Of a stretch of 32,000 bases of DNA, positions 26,362 through 32,000 are shown piece by piece (position 1 is the stretch's first letter; each line of letters opens with the position of its first letter). This DNA is from Candidatus Electrothrix sp. GW3-4. Lineage in GTDB: Bacteria > Desulfobacterota > Desulfobulbia > Desulfobulbales > Desulfobulbaceae. The stretch lies in NCBI RefSeq assembly GCF_037902255.1, contig NZ_CP147990.1:750001-782000 (forward strand). The letters are read 5' to 3'. Under the pieces are notes generated by a model. That model was not told the origin of the DNA, searched no databases, and saw only the letters and a program-made list of their open reading frames with translations. Both the position numbers and the translations under genes were made by a program.

Positions 26362-28590
26362 ATGGAAATTATCAATAAAGCTAATTGGCGGTTTGCCCCG
26401 ATAGCGGGCAGGGTGAACTTTCCAGGGCATACCCTTACCCTGATCGTCAAAGGTACCTTTGACCTGAAACACGGGGATACAGCCACCATTTCCGAAGAAC
26501 AACTCTACCCCACTGGCGATGAGTATTACCCGGATGATGAACAGCAGCAGAGCGTCCGCTACGAATCCGATTTTGCTTTCTATAAACCCAAGGCTGATTT
26601 ACTTCTTGTCGGCAAATGCCATACACCCCAAAAGACACCTCTTCAAACCTGTAGCGCAACCTTTCAAGTCGGTACAAATCAGTCAACCGTAGCCGTCCAT
26701 GGCAATCGCTACAAGCAGCCGATAGTCAAGACAGCCTCTGCGCCTGAACCGTTTACGGCTATGGATATTCGCTATGACAAGAGCTTTGGTGGACCGGGGT
26801 ATGACAAGAATCCGATCGGCAAAGGGTATGGACAGGATAAAGCAGCTGGCACGGCTGCTGAGAGAAGTCCGCTCCCCAATATAGAAAGCAGCCATCTACA
26901 TTCCGTTGCCGGTGAACCGGCTGGTTTTGGTCCCTTAAATAAAATGTGGCCACAGCGTTATTCCAAAATGGGTACCTATGAGAACAGCTGGCTGAAAGAA
27001 CGTTGGCCTTGGTTCCCGCTTGATTTCAGCTGGGAGTATTATAATGCCGCCCCAAAAAATATGCAGGTCAACGGCTATCTCAAAGGTGATGAACCGCTTA
27101 TTTGTACAAACCTGCATCCTGAAATCCCGGTCTATCAAACTAAACTTCCCGGTCTGAGGGTCCGGTGCTTTACTGACAGAATCATTTCGACAGACCAGGA
27201 TGAAGCCAAATTTTCCGAAGTAAAAATGAACCTGGATACACTTTGGGTTGATATGGAGGAGGAAAAACTCGTTCTTGTCTGGCGCGGTGTTACCAAAGTG
27301 CTGTCGGAAGACTACGAGGAAATTCAAGGGCTTTTTATCGTTTCAGAACAGCTTGATGAATCTCCCCGTTCAATAGAAGATTGCCGGAAAGATTTTTTGG
27401 CCGCCCTTGCTGCGGAAGACGCTCCTTTTGAAGAGGAATTCCCTGAAACAGAAAGCGTAGACGATGAACCAACTGTTTCCATAGAAGAAGAAATACAAAA
27501 GGCGGAACTGGAAGTTAAAAAAGCCCAGGAAGAATTAGAGAAAGAGTTGAAAGAAGCAGGTATTGAACCTGTACAGGATATCCCGGAGCCGAGTCAGGAA
27601 GACAAAAAAATGGAGGCCCGCATTCTGGCCCGATACGGACTTGATAAAGTCACTACAGAAGAACCGCTGACTCGGGAAAAAATTATCGAACGACTGGCCA
27701 ATAATGAATCCTTTGCTGAAGAAGATTTTTCAGATCTTGACCTCTCTGAACTGAATCTTCGCGGTGGGGATTTCAGAGAAGCTGTCTTCTCCAAGGTAAA
27801 TCTCAAAAATGCCCTTCTTGATGAAGCGATCCTGACCGAAGCAAATTTTTCCCAGGCTGACCTGACCGGGGCTTCATTAAAAAAGGCGGATGCCTGTGAA
27901 GCGGACTTTACCGAAGCATGTCTCAACGGTGCTGATTTGAGTGAGGCTGTCCTTCAAGATACGATTTTTGAACAAGCAAGAATGACGGAGGCTGTCCTGG
28001 ATAATGCACAGGCTGTGGACGGATACTTCTCTGAAGCAGATTTGTCGGGAGCCAGCCTGAAAAACGCAATATTGGATGGTGCTGACTTTTCAAATACGCT
28101 CCTGCATAAGGCGGATTTCCATAAGGCAAGCCTTAAAGAAGCAACTTTGGATGCTGCCCAAGGAGAACAACTCAGCATGAGAGAGTGCGATCTCACCGAA
28201 TTGCGTGCTTCGAAGAAGTGTTGTTTTCCTGAAGGAAATTTTACGCGGGTGATCGGTAATGATTCCACATGGGAAGAGGCGGAATTAACCGGAGCTGATT
28301 TTTCTTGCTCAGATATGGCGGCGGCTGATTTTTCTTCTGCAATACTTAAAGGGGTGAACTTTCTCGCCGCAGACATGAAACAAGCCAAATTCGCCAAAGC
28401 AAATCTGCAGGCAGCACGTTGTATCAGCATGAATCTGTTTGAATCCAGTTTTGAAAATGCCAATTTAATGCAGACTGACTTTACCGGCTCCAATCTTTAC
28501 GGGACAGAATTTTTGGGGAGTCAGCTGAAGGATACAATATTCAAGTCTGCAAATTTAAAAATGACCAAACTTACAAATGGCTACTATTGA
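26362..28590 (+). CDS. DUF2169-domain (T6SS adaptor family) protein fused to a C-terminal pentapeptide-repeat domain
   Basis: N-terminal segments fit my recollection of the DUF2169 pattern: IVKGTFDL, YESDFAFYKPKADLLLVGKCHTP, YDKSFGGPGYDKNPIGKGY, PAGFGPLNKMWPQRYSKMGTYENSWLKERWPWFPLDFSWEYYNAAP and LDTLWVDMEEEKLVLVWRG. An acidic coiled-coil-like linker follows (EEEIQKAELEVKKAQEELEKELKEAG). The C-terminal part consists of many A(D/N)(L/F)xx pentads (ANFSQADLTGASLKKADACEADFTEACLNGADLSEAVL...). Confidence 0.85.
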   Translation: MEIINKANWRFAPIAGRVNFPGHTLTLIVKGTFDLKHGDTATISEEQLYPTGDEYYPDDEQQQSVRYESDFAFYKPKADLLLVGKCHTPQKTPLQTCSATFQVGTNQSTVAVHGNRYKQPIVKTASAPEPFTAMDIRYDKSFGGPGYDKNPIGKGYGQDKAAGTAAERSPLPNIESSHLHSVAGEPAGFGPLNKMWPQRYSKMGTYENSWLKERWPWFPLDFSWEYYNAAPKNMQVNGYLKGDEPLICTNLHPEIPVYQTKLPGLRVRCFTDRIISTDQDEAKFSEVKMNLDTLWVDMEEEKLVLVWRGVTKVLSEDYEEIQGLFIVSEQLDESPRSIEDCRKDFLAALAAEDAPFEEEFPETESVDDEPTVSIEEEIQKAELEVKKAQEELEKELKEAGIEPVQDIPEPSQEDKKMEARILARYGLDKVTTEEPLTREKIIERLANNESFAEEDFSDLDLSELNLRGGDFREAVFSKVNLKNALLDEAILTEANFSQADLTGASLKKADACEADFTEACLNGADLSEAVLQDTIFEQARMTEAVLDNAQAVDGYFSEADLSGASLKNAILDGADFSNTLLHKADFHKASLKEATLDAAQGEQLSMRECDLTELRASKKCCFPEGNFTRVIGNDSTWEEAELTGADFSCSDMAAADFSSAILKGVNFLAADMKQAKFAKANLQAARCISMNLFESSFENANLMQTDFTGSNLYGTEFLGSQLKDTIFKSANLKMTKLTNGYY

Positions 28591-30409
28591 AGACATGAAG
28601 GGGTTCTTGACCTCTGCTGATGTCGTCGAGGCGGTTCGGGCCGGTTCGGCAATAGAAAATACCCTGCTGAATGAAATTGATTTAAGCGGTCTTGATTTAC
28701 AGGGCGCAACGTTTGACACTGTCACTTTTAATGCGGTTCATTTGACAAATACAGACCTGCGCGGGGCAACGTTGAATAATGTTGTTTTCAATAACTGCAT
28801 TATGTCCGGCGTTGATTTCACCGAGGCGAAACTTGCCGGAACAATCTTTGTCAATGCAGATTGCTGTCAGGCCAATTTTGTCCGTGCAGATCTTGCAGAT
28901 GCTCTTTTCCTTGTCGATAATGTTCCGGAAAAGGATCAGGAAAAAGTTCTCTTTGAGTTTGATGCCTTTGAGCTTGATGAAGATACGCAGAACGTCCTAA
29001 GAGAGCAAGGGATCGTCGGTTTTTCCAAGGGAAAAATGCGGCTCTGCAGTACGGATTTCAGTCAGGCAAATCTCAAAGGGGCCATGTTCATGGAAGCAGA
29101 ACTGGATGAAGTGCTCTTTCAGGAATCAATCCTTGAACGGGCACGATTTGAGGACTGTTCGCTGTTGGCAGCTACGTTTACAAAGGGTCTCCTTGATAAC
29201 ACGTTATTTGAGACAACCAATTTAAGTAACGCTGTTTTTTCAGAAGTTAATCTGCATGAGACAACATTTAAGGAAGTGAATTTTACAGATATTGATTGCA
29301 GAACAGCCGTCCTTGAACAAACCGAATTTCACAATACTGTTTTCACCTCGTTTAAGGAGGCGTTTCCTGCTCAACTGACAGGTTGTGTTTTTGAGGATTG
29401 TGACTTGCATGGGAAAAATTTTTCCGAAATGCAGTTTTCCGAGTGTACTTTCAATAATTCCAATTTGGAGAACGCCAAAATAAAAGACGCTCAATTTATT
29501 GAAGCTTCATTTCACAAATCATTTATGCCGCAGCTGGATTTCAGCGGTCAGGCCCTCTGTGACGCAGATTTTTCTGATACTGAACTTCAGGGAGCAAAGT
29601 TTTGCCGATGTAATTTGACGGACGCTGATTTTTCCGGAGCAAATCTGAAAGGAGTTGATTTCAGCAAGGCCTTGCTGGACAACACAGATCTTGCAAAAAG
29701 TGAGCTTCATGCCGCAAATTTTACTGAAGCAACCATGCAGTATTGTGATATGAAGCAGTGTAATATGGAGCAGGTTAATTTGACCCATGCCTCACTTGAG
29801 CGCACTGATCTTCCAGGAGTTGATTTTACTCAAACAAAAATAAAGCAGACGAAGTTTGTCTTATGCAAGCTGGCAGAGTGTAACTTCAGCGGCATGGACC
29901 TTACCGGATGTGATTTCACGGATGCTGACTTCACCTCAGCCAAGATGCAGAATACCCGATTAAATCGGGCCGTCCTCAAGCAGGCAAATTTCTTCAAAGC
30001 TGATTTACGGAACAGTACCTTGCAGGGGGCATCTTGTGATACAGCTGATTTCACGGAAGCTGTTCTTGATAGCGCAAATTTTAAGAATGCATTTTTGTCT
30101 TGCTCCTGTTTTCTCCATACCAATGCGCGACAAACCGATTTTTCAGGTGCAAATCTGGAGCGGGCTGAATTTACTTATGCGGATTGCCATGGCTCGAATT
30201 TTTCGCATGCCCGGATGAAATACAGCGATTTGTCTCACGCGAACCTGCAAAATTGTGATATGGCAGAAGCGAATCTTCTTCAGTCGGTCATGCATTGCAC
30301 TAGGGATGTCGGCACCAATTGGAAAGGAACATCCAGACTGCTTGTAGAGACAACAGACAAAGACCTTGCTGCTGCGGAAAACTGGAAGCCGCCTCGTTCT
30401 TCAATCTAA
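28577..30409 (+). CDS. Large pentapeptide-repeat protein (610 aa)
   Basis: The protein consists almost entirely of tandem pentads (e.g. ANLKGVDFSKALLDNTDLAKSELHAANFTEATMQYCDMKQCNMEQVNLTHASLERTDL). Its start overlaps the previous gene by 14 nt. Confidence 0.88.
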   Translation: MATIEDMKGFLTSADVVEAVRAGSAIENTLLNEIDLSGLDLQGATFDTVTFNAVHLTNTDLRGATLNNVVFNNCIMSGVDFTEAKLAGTIFVNADCCQANFVRADLADALFLVDNVPEKDQEKVLFEFDAFELDEDTQNVLREQGIVGFSKGKMRLCSTDFSQANLKGAMFMEAELDEVLFQESILERARFEDCSLLAATFTKGLLDNTLFETTNLSNAVFSEVNLHETTFKEVNFTDIDCRTAVLEQTEFHNTVFTSFKEAFPAQLTGCVFEDCDLHGKNFSEMQFSECTFNNSNLENAKIKDAQFIEASFHKSFMPQLDFSGQALCDADFSDTELQGAKFCRCNLTDADFSGANLKGVDFSKALLDNTDLAKSELHAANFTEATMQYCDMKQCNMEQVNLTHASLERTDLPGVDFTQTKIKQTKFVLCKLAECNFSGMDLTGCDFTDADFTSAKMQNTRLNRAVLKQANFFKADLRNSTLQGASCDTADFTEAVLDSANFKNAFLSCSCFLHTNARQTDFSGANLERAEFTYADCHGSNFSHARMKYSDLSHANLQNCDMAEANLLQSVMHCTRDVGTNWKGTSRLLVETTDKDLAAAENWKPPRSSI

Positions 30410-30423
30410 GCGGGAGATTAGAT

Positions 30424-31275
30424 ATGACAAAAATTGCTTCACTTTATCCTGTAGACTACACAAAGCGTTTCTCTGCCCAGGAAGCAGAAATAGTTTCTTT
30501 TGACCGGGAAAAAAGAACCGCAAAAATACATATTGACACCCTGCCGGAGATACAGGCGATAGATGCCGCTCTGGCCCTGCCTTATGATATTGATTTGAGC
30601 TGTGGGGATAAGGTGCTTATTGCCGGTGAGGATATACGCAGTATCTATATCATTGGAGTATTGTCAGCAAAAGCGTTCGCAACAATACGCGCAGATAACG
30701 GTGCCTATGCTCGCCTTGATAATGACAGGACATCCCTGCAGATTTTCTCTCCACATAATAAACTTATTATTGAATATGATACAGGAAAAGATACAACTAC
30801 AGTGAGTTCTCTTACCGGCAATATGGAATTCAATTCTCCGGAATCTATAACCTTCCAAAGCAACTCAATTGATTTTACGGGCAAAGATAAGATCAAAATG
30901 AAGGTGCAGGATGATAGCAAAGGTTCTCTCTCAACATTGTCGTTGGGAAATTACCAAACTAAGCTGAATTGTCCTGATTTGCATGTAACAGCAAAGAATG
31001 GAAATTTATTTGTAGATCAGCTGAAAATTACAGGGCAAAGAGTGCTGACGAATCTGGTGCAGGCAACGCTCAATATAAGCAAGATTGAAACAAAGGCAAA
31101 AACACTTATCCATAAAGCACAGGATATGTATCAGTCAGTTGAATGCCTTTCTCAGCTCAAAACCGGCAGACTGAAAATGCTGATCAAATCAACCTGCCAC
31201 ATTAAGAGCAAGGATACCGTATTAAAAGCCGAAGAAGACTTCAAGGTAAAGGCTGAAGAGATTAATCTGGGGTAA
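30424..31275 (+). CDS. DUF3540-like protein (function unknown, T6SS island)
   Basis: I prefer ATG 30424 (GGGAG upstream) to the ORF-track start at 30319, which would overlap the previous gene by 91 nt. The segment LSCGDKVLIAGEDIRSIYIIGVL, followed by a repetitive beta-strand-like body, fits my recollection of DUF3540. This family typically accompanies DUF2169, pentapeptide and DUF4150 genes. The family call is from memory and has not been searched. Confidence 0.6.
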   Translation: MTKIASLYPVDYTKRFSAQEAEIVSFDREKRTAKIHIDTLPEIQAIDAALALPYDIDLSCGDKVLIAGEDIRSIYIIGVLSAKAFATIRADNGAYARLDNDRTSLQIFSPHNKLIIEYDTGKDTTTVSSLTGNMEFNSPESITFQSNSIDFTGKDKIKMKVQDDSKGSLSTLSLGNYQTKLNCPDLHVTAKNGNLFVDQLKITGQRVLTNLVQATLNISKIETKAKTLIHKAQDMYQSVECLSQLKTGRLKMLIKSTCHIKSKDTVLKAEEDFKVKAEEINLG

Positions 31276-31309
31276 TTTTAACTTTTATGAAATCGATGGA
31301 GAATTTCAC

Positions 31310-31726
31310 ATGGTAGCAATATTTCCAGCGTCTACAAAAGGTGGGGGAAACTGTCTGGGCGCACCGGATGTCTGTCTGACTCCCGCTCCTCCAGCACCCC
31401 CTGTTCCGACACCGTATCCTAATAGCGGCATGGTGAATCAGGCCAAAAAAACTTCCAAGAAGGTAAAATTTGCCGGAAAAGAAGCTGTTACGGTGAGTTC
31501 TGAAATATCCCGTTCTATGGGGGACGAAGCCGGAGTTAATAAAGGCGTGATGTCCGGCATGAATATGAGTAAAATAACATTTAAGAAAGGAAGCTCCAAG
31601 GTCAAGGCGCAGGGAAAGAAATGTGTCCATCTTACATCCGTCACAGGCCATAATGGCAGTAATGCCAATATGCCAGCAGGTGCTCAGATCGCTCCGAGTC
31701 AAACTAAAGTGAAAGTTGCTCCCTAA
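31310..31726 (+). CDS. DUF4150 PAAR-like spike-tip protein with no C-terminal toxin domain
   Basis: The sequence GAPDVCLTPAPPAPPVPTPYPNSGM...KKVKFAGKEAV...SMGDEAGVNKGVMSG...SSKVKAQGKKCVHLTSVTGHNGSN matches the DUF4150 pattern (PDVC.TP...P.PYPN, GDEAG). The protein is only 138 aa. GGAG lies upstream. Confidence 0.85.
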   Translation: MVAIFPASTKGGGNCLGAPDVCLTPAPPAPPVPTPYPNSGMVNQAKKTSKKVKFAGKEAVTVSSEISRSMGDEAGVNKGVMSGMNMSKITFKKGSSKVKAQGKKCVHLTSVTGHNGSNANMPAGAQIAPSQTKVKVAP

Positions 31727-31767
31727 CTGGCTGCTATAGAGTGTGAATGCAGATGCGATGTTTTTAG

Positions 31768-32000
31768 ATGAGTAGTTCACTCCAAAAGATACAGCCCCCC
31801 CTGCCATTCTGGCCTCAGCCACCTGGCCGGGCGGGCAGTGTGCAGAGCAGCGATTCGTTGACTCCTTCCGTATCGGTCGGGATCCGGCCTGTGCTCTATC
31901 CATATCCCTGATCCGGTGGTCAGTCGGGAGCACGCCGAGGTCGTGCTGCTGGCTGATAGCTGGTGGGCAATCTGTTCCGCGCTAAAGATCGGAACGACCG
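31768..32000 (+). pseudogene. FHA-domain gene start (T6SS Fha/TagH-type candidate); readable only across three frames and truncated by the window edge
   Basis: The ATG at 31768 gives MSSSLQKIQPP up to a C7 run (31795-31801). The -1 frame then gives ...QRFVDSFRIGRDPACALSIS. A second -1 shift near CCC (31906-31908) gives PDPVVSREHAEVVLLADSWWAI.... The motifs FRIGR..C and DP.VSR.HA are FHA hallmarks. No single frame contains both. Confidence 0.6.

Noticed and set aside
1-32000. CRISPR arrays, transposases or IS elements, integrons, prophage genes, and toxin-antitoxin or restriction-type defence genes.
   Set aside because: No spaced identical repeats, terminal inverted repeats or recombinase-like translations were seen in any frame. 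Every long ORF is accounted for by the housekeeping block or the T6SS locus.

Overview
The window has two parts.

**Part 1 (1-4985, minus strand): housekeeping block.** It reads rluD-like (cut by the window edge), carD/cdnL, pth, ctc/rplY, prs, tRNA-Gln(UUG), ispE.

**Part 2 (about 5.1-32 kb, plus strand): one collinear type VI secretion system (T6SS) locus.**
- It opens with an unusual Cys-rich / TagH-C-terminal-like module.
- The core genes follow in the order tssJ-tssK-tssL-tssM-tssA-tssB-tssC-hcp-tssE-tssF-tssG-clpV-vgrG.
- A tightly packed post-vgrG island follows: a DUF2169::pentapeptide-repeat fusion, a 610-aa pentapeptide-repeat protein, a DUF3540-like protein and a toxin-less DUF4150 PAAR-like protein.
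- The window ends in the start of an FHA-domain gene.

**Points most worth a second look:**
1. The post-vgrG island has no toxin or immunity gene that I can recognise by eye. The huge pentapeptide-repeat proteins are therefore candidates for either cargo or spike accessories.
2. The composition breaks sharply inside vgrG, exactly where the conserved core ends.
3. The locus starts with a TagH-like C-terminal domain that has no FHA domain. It is preceded by a Cys-rich protein and an acidic linker carrying repeated ET[VI]L[IL] motifs, while an FHA gene sits at the far end of the locus.
4. Four frame breaks occur (Cys-rich gene, clpV, and twice in the FHA gene). All are -1 shifts at G or C homopolymers. 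This points to homopolymer under-calling in the assembly, or alternatively to real decay or phase variation.
5. Two sets of direct repeats lie in the AT-rich tssA-tssB spacer.

I saw no CRISPR array, transposase or integrase. All domain assignments come from reading the translations and recalling family hallmarks. No database search was run.
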